Assembly: GCF_963921235.1 (NCBI RefSeq) | Contig: NC_086097.1 | Coordinates: forward strand, 213,468,001 to 213,532,000 | From: Mobula hypostoma | Lineage: Eukaryota | Reading direction: 5' to 3' | DNA: 64,000 nucleotides | Shown: one piece after another, positions 51,455 to 64,000 of the stretch | Position numbering within the stretch: the stretch's first letter is position 1 | Layout: each line of letters begins with the position of its first letter | Made by a program: the position numbers and the translations under genes | The notes under the pieces: generated by a model | Database searches by the model: none | Told to the model about the DNA's origin: nothing | Seen by the model: the letters and a program-made list of their open reading frames with translations, nothing else

Positions 51455-52350
51455 AACATAAAAGATTCTGCAGCTGCTAGAAATCCAGAGCAACACACAC
51501 AAAATGCTGGAGGAACTCAGCAGGACAGGCAACATCTGTGGAAATAAATAAATAGCTGACATTTGAGACCAAGACCCTTCATCAGGACTTGAAAGGAAGG
51601 TGGAAGATGCCAGAATAAGGAGGTGGGGGGGGGCAAGAGTGCAATCTAGAAGGTGATAGGTGAGGGTCGGTGGGAGGGGGAGGGGTGAATTAAGAAGCTA
51701 GGAGGTAGTAGACAAAGGGCCATAGAAAAACTAATTTGAGGAGACAATGGAAGAATGAAAAGGTGGAGGGGCAACAGGGGGATGTGATAGCCAGGTGAGA
51801 AGAAGAGTTAACAGGAGGGCCTGAGTCGGGATATGAAAAAAGGAAAGAGATGGGGGGAAATTTACAGGAAGTTGGAGCTAATCTGAATGGAATATAATGT
51901 ATTGTTCCTCTAACTTGAGCTTTGCCTTATTGTGCCAGAAGAGGCAGCCATGGACCGACATGTCATAATGGGGCTTGAAATTGAAATGGTTGGCCAACAG
52001 GAAATCCTGCTTTTTGTGGATGGAACAAAGGTGCTCAACAAAGCAGTCCTCCAATATTGGGTCTCACCAATATAGTGGAGGTCGCATGGGAGCACTAATA
52101 ACAGTCGGCAATCCTAACAGATTCTCAGGTGAAACGTTGACTCACTTGGAAGGATTGTTTCGGGCCCTGAATGGAGGTGAGGGAGGTGGTGGAGGGGCAG
52201 GTGTCACATTTATACTTACAGGGATAAATGCCAGGAGGGAGATTAGTGGGGAGGAGCTAATTGACAGGGGAATCATGGAGGGAGCAAACCCTGCAGAAAG
52301 GGTAGAGTTGGGTGAAGGGAAAGATGAGTTAGGATCCCGTTGAAGATGCT
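51455..52350 (-). mobile_element. PLE 3' portion: GIY-YIG endonuclease remnant, terminal repeat, hammerhead motif (51553-51590)
   Basis: ORF CDLHYIGETQ; aagtc-CTGATGA-agggtcttggtct-CAAA-tgtc; same tail as the short inserts. Confidence 0.8.
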
Positions 52351-52369
52351 GTGGTGAGTAATTTGCGTC

Positions 52370-52885
52370 CTAACCCCCAAAGCCTGGCAACCATCTACAA
52401 AGCTCAAGCTAGGAGTGTTATGGAGTACCCTACTTCAATCAGTTAACAACACTAAAGAAACTGAACACCGAACAGAACGTAGCTGCCTGATTGATGATCA
52501 TTCACAATTATTCATTCCACCACCATCATATTGTAGCAGCAGTTTGGACCATCGACAGGATGTAGTGCAGCAATAAGTCAGCATCTTCCAAAGCTATGAT
52601 CACTAACAGTTACAGGGACAGTGGCAGCAAAAGCGTGGAAGCACCACCATTTGCAAGTTGACCTCCAAGCTACACATCTTCCTGACATGGAAGTACATTG
52701 CCCTTCCTTCATTGGTGGGTCAAAGCCTTGCAGCTCTTCCAGAACAGCTTCATAGGTAAGAAAGGATCTAATGCTTTATAGGCATACCAATACATTGACT
52801 GCACTGGTTCAAGAAGGCAGCTTGCCATCAATTTGTCAAGGGCAACTAGATGTGGGTTTTGCAGGCTAACCCAGCGTCCCTTGAA
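52370..52885 (+). mobile_element. Old L2/CR1-group LINE 3' fragment
   Basis: IYKAQARSVMEY-like translation; ggttcaagaaggcagc...aagggcaactag tail. Confidence 0.55.
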
Positions 52886-54406
52886 TAATAAAGAAGATAA
52901 CATAGCCACCTATTTGAAAGGAGAACACTAATCCCTTTCAATAACCAAGGAATTTCAGCATAGTACACTGACGAGCTTTAACACGTAGTTCCCAATTGCA
53001 TTACTGCCCAACCATAAATTGCAGCAGTCCTTGGTTGCTATTAATCTGGGCATTGATTTCGCCTCCAATCAATGTGAGCGAAATGTGGTATTTTGTTCCA
53101 AAAATAAGCCTGCCTTGTTACAATTAAGCACTTGTCCAGGCAGAAAAAGAAAAACATTCTCAAATGATTTCAGCCAACACTTCTATAAATTCCTTGGTTG
53201 CCTCCTAATCATAATTAACAGCTTCACTACTTCTTTCATGTTATACAAATTCACACGAGCTTTTAACCAACAAGATCCTTGACTTGCCAAAACCATCTCT
53301 ATTTTATCCTTGGCTCTCAGGTTTTTTAACCTCATGGAACATCCTGAAGCAAGCTGTTTATTTTGATTCTCAACTGAGTCATTTTTTAAAAAATTATTCA
53401 GAAACACGAGATTGGGGCTTGATAACTGCACTGGATTTTATTGGCTTTGAGCTTTCATGTTCTTTAATCCATTCTTTATCATTCAGAATGAATGTGGCTA
53501 AACCCAGAGGTGGCAACATATAGTTAATATTTCTACTGTATTGGCACTGTCAAAATATTTTCCCCTTACTGTGATTATTTGATACTTTCTTCCCCCTTCA
53601 CATATGTTTACAAAGGCAAAAGTTGAAATTGCTTCATCGTCTCAAGCAGTTATCTGGCAGCCGCAACAGACAGTAGCATAAAAAATAATCATATGCCCTA
53701 CTCTCATGAGCTCAAGTAGTTCCCAGTTTTGCTTATCTATCCACAAAAGTTTATGCAGATAGAAAATTTTTATGCAGTCTAATTTGTCTAAGTAGCATGT
53801 TAGCAGTCTTGAGAGAATCTCTTAATGGACTTTCAGGGTGCTGAGCATCTGTGAACTAGTACCCAGGTTGAGAGAACTCTCCTGCATACTCATCAAGCTA
53901 CTGCAGATTTATACCTTTCAACTTGCTTTCCAACTCCTTAATCATGATTTCTGTATGCACCCTGCTTCACAGTTAGGGTAGACCCACCGGAGATGATAAC
54001 TGGGCACACATTTTAGGAGAAATCCTTCAAACCCTTGTTATTGACTTCAAACCCTAGAAGACCGTCTAATCATGTGATGGTTACTTGCTGCCCTGCAGCT
54101 AATAAAATGCATTGGTAACTTCAACACAAACTGAGCTGGCTGAGTGTTGAAGGGTGAGGCAGAGTCTGGAGCAGGAGTCAGGAGGACCAACATGGGATAA
54201 ATCTACTTCATCCTTTCTAGGTACAGCTATCTAGCATGGTTGATAAAAGTGATTACTAAGCAAACCTTAGAAACAAAATGCTTTGTGAACTGTAGGCATT
54301 ATTATGTGGCATTTATCATCCTGAGTGAAATAGATTCAATACAGAACTAGCAACTCAAAACTAAGTGTTCATGATTCACTGTAAGTCATCAGCAACAGCA
54401 CAGCTA

Positions 54407-55972
54407 CAATGCCTGTAAAAAGTATTCCCCTCCCCGAGGTTTTCATGTTTTATTGTTTTACAACATTGAATCACAGTGGATTTAATTTGTTTTTTCGACA
54501 CTGATCAACAGAAAAGGCTCTTTCATGTCAAAGTGAAAGCAGATTTCTACAAAGTGATCGAAATTAATTACAAGTATAAAGCAAAATAATGGATTACATA
54601 AGTATTCACCCACTTCCAGTCAGTATTTAGCAGATGCCCCTGTGGCAGCAACTACAGCCTTAAGTCTGTGTGGATAGGTCTCTATCAGCTTTGCACATCT
54701 GGACACAGCAATTTTTCCCCATTCTTCTTTACAAAATGCTCAAGTTCTGTCAGATTACATGGGGATTGTGAGTGAACACCCCTTTTCAAGTCCAGCCACA
54801 CATTCTCAATTGGATTGAGGTCTGGACTCTGACTTGGCATTCTTTGTTGTTTTTAAGCCATTCATGTGTAGCTTGGCTTTATGCTTGGGGTAGTTGTCTT
54901 GCTGGAAAACAAATCTTGTCCCAAGTCTCAGTTCCCTTGCAGACTGCATCAGGCTTGACCTCCAGGATTTCCCTACATTTTGCTGCATACATTTTACCAT
55001 CTACCTTCACAAGCCTTTCAGGGCCTGTTGAAGTGAAGCATCCACACAACATGATGCAGGCCACCACCATGCTTAGGGATGGGACGGTGTGTTTTTGATG
55101 TGTGGTGTTTGGCTTATGCCAAAATGAGAGTTCAGTTTGATGACCAAAAACCTAAATTTTGGTTCCATCAGACCATAAAACCTTCCAGCTGACTCCAGGG
55201 ACTCCCATATCCCTTCTGGCAAACTCTAGCCAAGATTTCATGGGAGTTTTTTTCAACAGTGGCCTTCTCTTTGGCAGTCTCCCATCAACTACTGAAACTT
55301 GTAACTCCTCCAGAGATGTCATAGGTCTCCTGGTGGCCTCCATAACTATCCCCTTCTTGCACAGTCACTCAATTTTTGACAACACCCTGCTCTAGGCAGA
55401 TTTACAACTGTGCCATATTCTTTCCATTTCTTAATGATTGATTTAACTGTACTCCAAGGGATACTCAGTGACTTGGAAATTTTCTTGTATCCATCTCCTG
55501 ACTTGTGCTTTTCAATAACCTTTTTGCGGAGTTGCTTGGAGTGTTCTTTTGTTGTCTTGGTGTAGTTTTTGCTAAGATACTGACTCTCCAGCATATGGAC
55601 CTTCCAGATACAGGTGTATTTTTACTACAATCAATTGAAACACCTTGACTGCACACAAGTGATCTCCATTTAACTAATTATGTGACTTCTAAAACTAATT
55701 GGCCACACCAGTATGATTTTGTGTGCCATATTAGGTTGGGGGGGCAGGGGGGGGAGATGGTGAATGAATACCTATGCAATCAATTATTTTGTGTTTATAT
55801 TTGTAATTAATTTAGATCATTTTGCCAAGATCTGTTTTTCACTTAGACAGTAAGAGTCTTTTTCTGTTGATCAGTGTCAGAAAAGCCAAATTAAATCCAC
55901 TGGTTCAATGTTGTAAAACAATAAAACATGAAAAACTTATGGGGGTGGAGTGAATACTTTTTACAGGCACTG
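54407..55972 (-). mobile_element. Full-length-ended Tc1 (IR/DR, Passport-like) with decayed transposase
   Basis: TA TSDs; ~200-bp TIRs ca(g/a)tgcctgtaaaaagtattc; KEHSKQLRKKVIEKHKSGDGYKKISK, WSDGTKI, FQQDNYPKH. Confidence 0.92.
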
Positions 55973-58099
55973 TATATTCCATAATAACTGATGACATTAG
56001 AGTTCAATTTGCAACTTTTTTCATCAAATCAGTTAAGCAGCCTGGAGGTGCTTAGAAAACTAGGCCAGGAGCAGCATCTGCCTGGGTGTTAGTTATCTGC
56101 AGTGTGCACCATCTGCAAAGATAAGTAACATCTCATGAAGGTTTCAGTAGAACATCTGACATTCGTGGCTTTTTATTTCTTGAAAAACCTGACTAATACG
56201 TGCATGGGAGTGTTATCACCTGCAAGTTCTCTTCAAGCTTCACAGCATCCTGATTGTAAAATGTATCTTAATTATTGGTCTTGGGCCTGCAACAACATTA
56301 AAAGTGACTGTGAAGTTACCTCCTTAAGACTGCAGAGGTCTGGACCATCTACCACTTTAAATATAAATGCTGGTCAAATCATATGCATTCATGTTCCTTT
56401 TTTTTTTACAATAATTTCTGGAATACTTTAAAAGCTCCAATATTTCATACCTTAATATTTTTAATTTGTGCATTCATTTTAATGAATCTTTTTATTTCTA
56501 TAGAGGAGTATGCAGGACTGTATGTATGACAAATCCAGATACTATTGAATGCAATTATGATATGCCTCCTTTGGGCTTGTAATTTCAAATATGAAAGCAA
56601 TTACAGAATCCCATTCACTATTGTCATGGGCTTTACATATGCACACCAATCTGTGTTCCAGCTAATGATTTCTCTTGTTTAAGGAATAAAATATTTGATG
56701 ATGATTATTTTAAAACTATATTTGAAGGATGTGGTCATTCCAGCAGTGATGTATTTAATTACTTTTCACTTCTGCTTTACAAGTATTGCCATCTGCTAGG
56801 ATATAATTCTTTTAAATGCTTTAGTAAGATGTATAACATTTTCTTTAATGATGTAATTTGATAATCTCAATGATCAGTATCGGCAGTTCTGAATATTGGA
56901 GATCACTGTGTTTTGTTGAGATTGATATATTCTTGCTTTCAGATCAATGGCTATCAATTGGACAATTATATTTTGACTTTATTATCTTTAAGCCTAGGAA
57001 TTACTAGGGTATTTTGAAATCCTGTAGACAATTTTCCCGCTAAGGACCTTCCTGGACTCCAAGGTCTACTAATGCACCACCTGATGCTATACTAATCCTA
57101 GTTGACTGCATTAATTCCAAATCCCCTGCACTCTGCTCATTCAAGTCCTAAATGTTACTGTTCCAGCCTCTGCCATATCTAGTAGCGCATTCCAGCAAAC
57201 TACAAGTCTTTGTATGAAAAGTATATACTTCAGATCCCCATTGGACCTTCTCCCACTCAACTTAAACCTATGCCCTTCAGTTCTAGACACCCCTACTAAA
57301 AGTAATGGGGCACTAGTCTGTCTACTCCTGTCTCTTCATTCTGGGGGAAAATGAACAAAGTCCATGCAATCGCTCTTTATTTTTATTTATTTAGAGATAC
57401 AGTTCAGTTAAGGACTTTCCAGCCCACTGAACTGTGCAGGCCAGCAGCCTACTGATGTAATCATGTCCTGGTTGCAGGACAATTAAGACTTCTAATCCAG
57501 GCCATATCCATGTTAATCTTGTTTGCACTCTCTAGTTTAATTACATATTTCATTAGCCTGGAGACCAGAACTGCACAGGATACTCCCAAGTGCATACCAA
57601 CCAACGTTTTGTACAACTAACCTGTCCCAAATTTTATGCTGTTATACTGGATGTCCATTGGATGTTTTCTTTCTGAGATGCCTGTACTTTCACAACTGAA
57701 AGAAAATCAAGCATGTTGGTTGAGGTTATTTGCATTTCACCTAGCTGTGGTCTTATTTGGAGATAATGGACTAGAAGATCAATTTTAAGTGGTTACAATT
57801 ATGCCTCAAAATAGAGAATGTTGATCGCTTGAAAATTATAGGAAGGTGAAGAATTGATTAAATCATATAGAATTTATAACAGTTTTGGAGCAAAATAAGT
57901 TCCCTGTTCATGAACTTCTAAATATTCCTATACAACAAATTTATTTGTGATTTTCTGCCAAAAATGTTTCCTTTTCATTTAGAGATTCCTTAAATAGTTT
58001 AACTTTCGCATTGTAGTTTCAACTAATATTGGCAAAATAAGTGTATGCATATAAGATTATTAATCCCAAATAGATTAATTCTAATGGTCTTCAAAACAG

Positions 58100-58237
58100 C
58101 CAGTCACCCATTATTTGGTGAAGTGGTGTTCTCTTCCATATGAAGAAAGCACCTGGGAACTGAAACTTGACACAGACCAAGACAAAATTGAAGAATTTCA
58201 GCAGCTACAAGCCATGACACCAAGAACCGAGTACATG
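58100..58237 (+). CDS. CHD7: CHD7 coding exon (~exon 10): [46 protein letters not shown]
   Basis: aaacag| ... |gtaag; [15 protein letters not shown] chromodomain-2 motif; 138 nt. Confidence 0.93.
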
Positions 58238-60527
58238 GTAAGTTCAAAATTCTGTTTTTGTGTTTCAGGCTTTTAAAAAAAAAAGAGCTTAAGGCTTGAT
58301 TAGGGTGGCTGGGTTTTGGGTATGAACAGAAGTTGGTTTAATGGGAAAAGAGAGTCTTGTGGAAATGAGTAAATAATGGCCAATCAATAAATTTTTGGCC
58401 CCATAGAAAATTTATCTTTGATATTAAGTGTTTATTCATAATGAAAATCGTATTTTTTCAGTGCTTAACCGGTGAGCTAAGTACAGTTATATGTATTTGT
58501 GAATTTGTAAAATGTGCTTAAAGATTGTTTTTTACATCAATTGTTACTGAGCATGAATTAGCAATGTATTTCATAAGTGCCAGATAAGACACTTATAACA
58601 ATTACAGCACATGGGATTGCAGTTTCAACCTAAGGGTTAGAATGCAAAGTACTCAGATCTACAGTGGCAGTAGATTTTGTGCAGTGGGGCACAATATTTA
58701 AGGTTCTTGTGATATGCTGTTATTTGAACATATGACAAGATTTCCGTTTTAATTAAACTCCAGCAAAAGACAGACTGTTTTGTTGTTCATTCTGCTAGTG
58801 TGATGTTGCTGTATGGTTGCAAATAATTGACTTTTGGCTTTCCTATTAAATCCTTCTGATCCTGAGGCATTAATCATCTCCACTTGAAGTGGTGTTAAGA
58901 TTTGAGCAAATTCAATAAACAACAGGGTATTTTGAAGAGGGCGATGGACTTGATTAAATGTAAAGAAAAGAAAATTCCTGCCCCATTCAGGGAAGAATAT
59001 ACATGTGATTGAGGAAGTGTAAGGAAGATCTACCTTAATTCCTAGCATAGAGTGGAATGGTTTGTCTTTTAGAAGAGATTAAGTAGGCTGGGCGTAGGTT
59101 TCTAATGACTGGAAAGTCTAGAAGTTGTGGATGTAGTTTCTCCATAAGCATTGCTCATTCAGTATTGAGGTGGAACCTAAAACACTTTGGAGGTTTAGTC
59201 ACTGAATAAGCTTCAAGCAGATTGATAAACTTTTGGAAATTAATGGAATTGAGTGTGGTGTTAATACAGCAGTTAAAGTAAATAACCCTATGTTTTAAAG
59301 TTTATCAGAACAAGATGTCATCTGTATGACATGGTAAATCTCACTTTTTCCATTAGTGGCATTATCTCAAATAAAGTGACACAATTGGAGTATCGTAATG
59401 TGAAACTAAGCATGTTGGGATCACTTGTATGGGCTGATGAATCTCTACCTGGAGCATTATAGAGGCTAAAGTATTAAGCATTTAATGACGATTTTTTTTT
59501 GAAAGATCAGGGAATTGAGGGCTTAGGAAATGGCACCGATGAAGTGACACCTGGACCATATAAGCTTTCATCATGCTGGGGTTAGGGGCGAGTGGCCTAC
59601 TCCTCTGCTATTATGCTCTTGTGTTAATGATGAAAGATGGCACAGAATTAAGATAGCCATTATCTTATTTATTGGCCAAGCAGCCACATGGAGGTAAATG
59701 GCCAATCCTGCTTCCTGCTAATGCACCAAGAAATGTTTTCTTTTAAAGAAGTCCTTTTTGGGGAAAAAATAGAGAATTGTGTTTTTCTTAAGGAAATAAA
59801 ATCAGGAAGTGTTATTGAAGCTTTACACCCCATTGGTTGAGATCTTGTTGAAATATTCTACACAGTTCTAGAAACTTTTAATGGAAGGGAGATTAACGTT
59901 CCGAAAATGATTTGGTTTAAATCATTTGAATGCCATTTAGGAGCACTTGGGTATCAAAGCCAAGGCTTGAAAAAGAATCATGATCTGAAGAGGTTTTTAA
60001 AATTTTTAGGGGTAATGGTTAAAAGAATATTCAGAAGTTGGTTTCTGCATCTTTAATGGAAGTTCTTAGACCATGGAATGCTTTCTCGTAATGGTTAATG
60101 AGGGAAAGAAAAGCATTTTGTTATTGGATAAACATTTCAAAGGATTTCTTGAGAATGGCAAAGTAGGGTTAGTGAGTTCAGGTCCAGTTGAAGACCTAGC
60201 TTTGGTTTAATGGAGCACATATTTGCCAGCTGTGCTTAGAATATTATTGAAATGATGATGCATGCTCAGTTCAAATTAGGGAAGTAGTATAGAAATACTT
60301 TACTGAGGCTTTTGCAATAATTGAGAAAGTTGTCAGTAAACCAGACAGAAAGGTAGCTTAATTGAGTCAAAAGCTTTTGGATTCTGATTTAGAAAATTAA
60401 TTAAGGAATTTAGTCAGAAGCTGATTAGAGAGTAATGTGTACTGATGAAAAAGAGGCACGCTTGTTAATTTTATATGTCTGGCCCAGTTCCATAAAAATA
60501 TTGTTAATATTTGCCTGTATCTGAAAG

Positions 60528-60649
60528 GAACGACCGCGTCCAGAATTCTGGACCAAGTTGGAACATTCTAGAGATTATAAAAACGGCAATCAACTCAGGG
60601 AATACCAGCTGGAGGGCGTAAACTGGCTACTCTTCAATTGGTACAACAG
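60528..60649 (+). CDS. CHD7: CHD7 coding exon (~exon 11): [40 protein letters not shown](R), entry into SNF2 ATPase domain
   Basis: ctgaaag| ... |gtggg; [17 protein letters not shown] motif; 122 nt, ends in phase 2. Confidence 0.92.
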
Positions 60650-60789
60650 GTGGGTTATTTTGATTTCAAAATAGTGAGGAGTAAGAAATGAAACCTCAAA
60701 GGCTCGTATTTGTCAGCTTAAGTGCTAAAAGCTGACCAGAATTGCTTGGCTGCAGTATTGGACAGAAACTTAACAACTCACATTAATAA

Positions 60790-61040
60790 GTAGTGTAGCT
60801 GTTAGAGCGCCGCTATTACAGCTCGGGCGTCAGAGTTTGGAGTTCAATTCTGACGATATCTCTAAGGAATCTGTACGTCCTCCCTGTAGAATGTGTGGGT
60901 TCCTCCCACAGTCCAGAGACGTACCAGTTAGTAGGTTAATTGGTCTTTGTAAATTGTTCCTTGAGTAGGCTAGGGTTAAGTCGGGTTTGCTGTGCAGTGT
61001 GGCTGGAAGGGCCTATTCCACACTGTATCTCAGAAAATGA
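60790..61040 (+). mobile_element. V-SINE
   Basis: gtgtagctgttag A-box, gagttcaattc B-box, ggttcctcccacagtccagagac; same family as 25996. Confidence 0.78.
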
Positions 61041-61264
61041 ACAAAGAGACAAACAAATAGAATTTCTCTATTAACTTGGCAAAGCACCTGGGTGCAAAAC
61101 ATGAACTTAATGGTCAAGATTTTTTTTGAAGAGAGGTGAGAATGTGGACCTTTGACCCAGAATGTAATAATATTGCTTCTGTCTTTCCAACAAAAACTGT
61201 TGCAGTAATTAATAGTTTGGAACTATCAAACATCATCTACATCATGGTTTTTCACAAATAGGCA

Positions 61265-61650
61265 GTAAGACATAAAGTCTGCTCCACCATTTCATCATGG
61301 CTGATCCATTTTCTCTTATAGCAGCATACTTCTGCCTTCTCCCTGTAACCTTTAATGCTCTAACTAATCAGGTACCTGTCAAGCTCTGCTTTAAATATAC
61401 TCAATGACTTGGCCTCCACAGATGTCCATGGCAATGAATTCCACAGATTCACTACCCTCTGGCAAAAGAAATTTCTCCTCATCTCTGTTCTAAGTGGATC
61501 GCCTTCTATTCTGAGGTTGTGCCTTCTGGTGCTTAACTTCTCTACTGTAGGAAATTTTGACATTCATTCTATTCTATACCTTCCAATATTCAACAGGTTT
61601 CAATAAGGTCCGCCCCCACCCCCTTTCATTTTTTTTTCTAAACTCCAGCA
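61265..61650 (-). mobile_element. CR1 3' fragment (more CR1 at ~63350-63490)
   Basis: RTEMRRNFFCQRVVNLWNSLP. Confidence 0.85.
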
Positions 61651-61659
61651 AGTCCCGGC

Positions 61660-63345
61660 TAGGGTGACTTGTGGAGGACTATTTCGAGAGCAAACAAATA
61701 ATTCCAAGTGGTGTTGGAGGCGACATCGGATGCACATCAACCCTGGCTGGGTTTGCAGGACATCCTACAAACATCAACATCAACCCAACATCATGAATAG
61801 CAGCAGTGCTTCGCTACCAGACATTCTCAATGCCTTTTATGCATACTTTGAAAGGGAGAATACAACTACATCTGTGAGGATCCTTGCTGCGCCTGATGAC
61901 CCTGTGATCTATCTCTAATGCAGACATCAGGCAGTTTTTCGGGACAGTGAACTCTGCCAAGGTGATGAGCCCCAATGGTGTACCTGGTAAGGCTCTGAAA
62001 ACTTGTGCTAAACACTTCACAGGTGTATTCAAAAACATTTTCAATCTCTCACTCCTGCGGGCGGAAGTTTCCGCCTGCTTCAAACTGGCAACAATTATAC
62101 TACTGCCCAAGAAGTCTAGTGTGAGCTGCCCCAACAACTATTGTCCAGTAGCACTCACATCTGAGGTAAGAAAAATTGTTTTGGGAGTTTGGTCATGACT
62201 AGAATCAACTCCTGCCTCAGCAAGGACCTGGACCCACTGCAATTTGCCTATCGCCGCAATAGGTCTATGGCTGACACAATCTCAATGGTTCTTCATGCGG
62301 CCTTAGATCACCTGGACAATGCAAACACCTATGTCAGGGTACTGGTCGTTGATTATAGCTCAGCGTTTAACACTATCATTCCTGCAGTCCTGATTGAAAA
62401 GCTACAGAACCTTGGCCCCCCCATACCTCTCTCTGCAAACGGATCCTTGACGTACCAACCAGAAGACAACAATTTGTGCAGATTGGTAATAATCTCTTCG
62501 CTGACAACCAACATGAGCACACCTCAGGGATGTATGTTTAGTCCACTGGTCTACTCTCTGTACCATGACTGCGGCTAGTCATAGGTCAAATGCTGTCTAT
62601 AAATTTGTTGATAATACAACCATTGTTGGCAAAATCTCAGATGAAGACGGGAGGGCGTACAGGAGCGAGATATACCAGCTAGCTGGATGGTGTTGCATCA
62701 ACAACCTTGTACTCAAAGTCAGTAAGATGAAAGAGCTGATTGTGAACTTCAGAAAGGGTAAGACGAGGGAACACGAATCAATGCTCATAGAGGGATCAGA
62801 AGTGGAGCGACTGAGCAATTTCAAGTTTCTGGGTGTCAATATCTCTGAGGATCTAACCTGGTCCCAACCTATCGATGCAGCTATCAAGAATGCCTCTTCC
62901 ATAGACCTATTGTGGCTATATTTCATTAGAAGTTTGAGGAGCTTTGGTTTGTCAACTGAAACACTCAAACTTCTACAAATGTAGTGTGGAGAACATTCTG
63001 ACTGGCTACATCACTGTCTGGTATGGGGGGGGCAGTGGTGGTGACTACTGCACAGGATCGAAGGAAGCTACAGAAAGTAGAAAATTAGTCACCTCCGTCA
63101 TGAATTACTAGCTTCTGTAGTATCCAAGATGTCTTCAAGGAGTGGTGCTTCAGAAAGGTGGTGTCCATTATTAAGGACCCCCATCACCCAGGACGTGCCC
63201 TCTTCTCATTGTTACCATCAAGGAGGAGGTACAGAAGCCTAAAGGCACACACTCAGAGATTCAGGAACAGCTTCTTCCCCTCTGCCATCTGATTTCTAAA
63301 TGGACATTGACCCCATGAACAGTACCTCACTTCTTTATTATTTCT
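61660..63345 (+). mobile_element. Rex1/Babar RT and 3' end, frameshifted
   Basis: LDPLQFAYRRNRS...DYSSAFNTIIP; KFVDNTTIVG; FKFLGVNISEDLTWS. Confidence 0.9.
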
Positions 63346-63489
63346 GTCTAAGTCCTTCTGAAGATTGATTTTCTGCTTCCTTAACACTACTCACATAGTC
63401 TGCAAACTTGGCATCAAAGTCATCAATTCGGTCATCCACATTGACAGGTAACTTGAAAAGAAACAGTCCCAACACCGACTCCTGCAGAA

Positions 63490-64000
63490 CAACGGCAACA
63501 ACATCTCCTCCACAATCTCCATCAGCACAGGTGCACTGCTCTACTCACTTTACTCTTATAGCTGTGTGACCAAGCACAGCTCCAATGCCATATTTAAGTT
63601 TGCTGATGGCACCATTGTTGTTGGCTGGATCAAATGTGGTGATGAATCAGCATATAGGAGGGAGATTGAAAATCTGGCAGAGTGGTTCCACAACAACAAC
63701 CTCTCAATGTCAGCAAGACCAAGGAGCTGGTTATTGACTTAAGGAAGAGGAAACCGGAGTCCATGAGCTAATCCTCATTGGGATGTCAGAGGTGGAGAGT
63801 TTCATCAACTTTAAATTCCTTAGCGTTATCATTTCGGAGGACCTGCCCTGGGTGCAGCGTGGAAGTACAATTACGAAGGAATTGCAGCACGGCAGTACCT
63901 CTACATCATTAGAAGTTTGCGAAGATTCGGCATGCATCTAAAACTTTGATAAACTTCTATTGATGTGTGGTGGAGAGTATATTGACTGGTTGCATCACAG
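63490..64000 (+). mobile_element. Second Rex1/Babar RT fragment running off the window
   Basis: KFADGTIVVG; FKFLSVIISEDLPW. Confidence 0.8.

Noticed and set aside
1..64000. Prokaryotic-type systems (CRISPR array, retron, operons) suggested by the many RT ORFs
   Set aside because: No repeat-spacer array or operon structure; all RT fragments are eukaryotic non-LTR retrotransposons in spliceosomal introns.

Overview
Vertebrate nuclear DNA. The CR1, Rex1/Babar, Penelope and V-SINE repeat set points to a cartilaginous fish, probably a ray (inference). The whole window lies inside one + strand gene, a CHD7-type chromatin remodeller. Eight GT-AG coding exons (18710-60649, 837 nt) splice into one open frame covering the pre-chromodomain linker, both chromodomains and the start of the SNF2 ATPase region; they correspond to human CHD7 exons ~4-11. 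The introns are packed with mostly decayed, often nested transposons: CR1 and Rex1/Babar LINEs, Penelope-like elements (PLEs), two full-length Tc1 elements, hAT/Tigger/Harbinger non-autonomous elements and V-SINEs. The most notable unannotated signal is a family of short (90-180 nt), TSD-flanked PLE-derived inserts carrying a minimal type I hammerhead ribozyme motif, with 5' breakpoints clustering at the ribozyme. Candidate intronic enhancers (E-box cluster, RFX X-boxes) are also visible. Hammerheads in PLEs are a known association; I found no wholly new protein-coding system. Repeat boundaries without a TSD or TIR are approximate.
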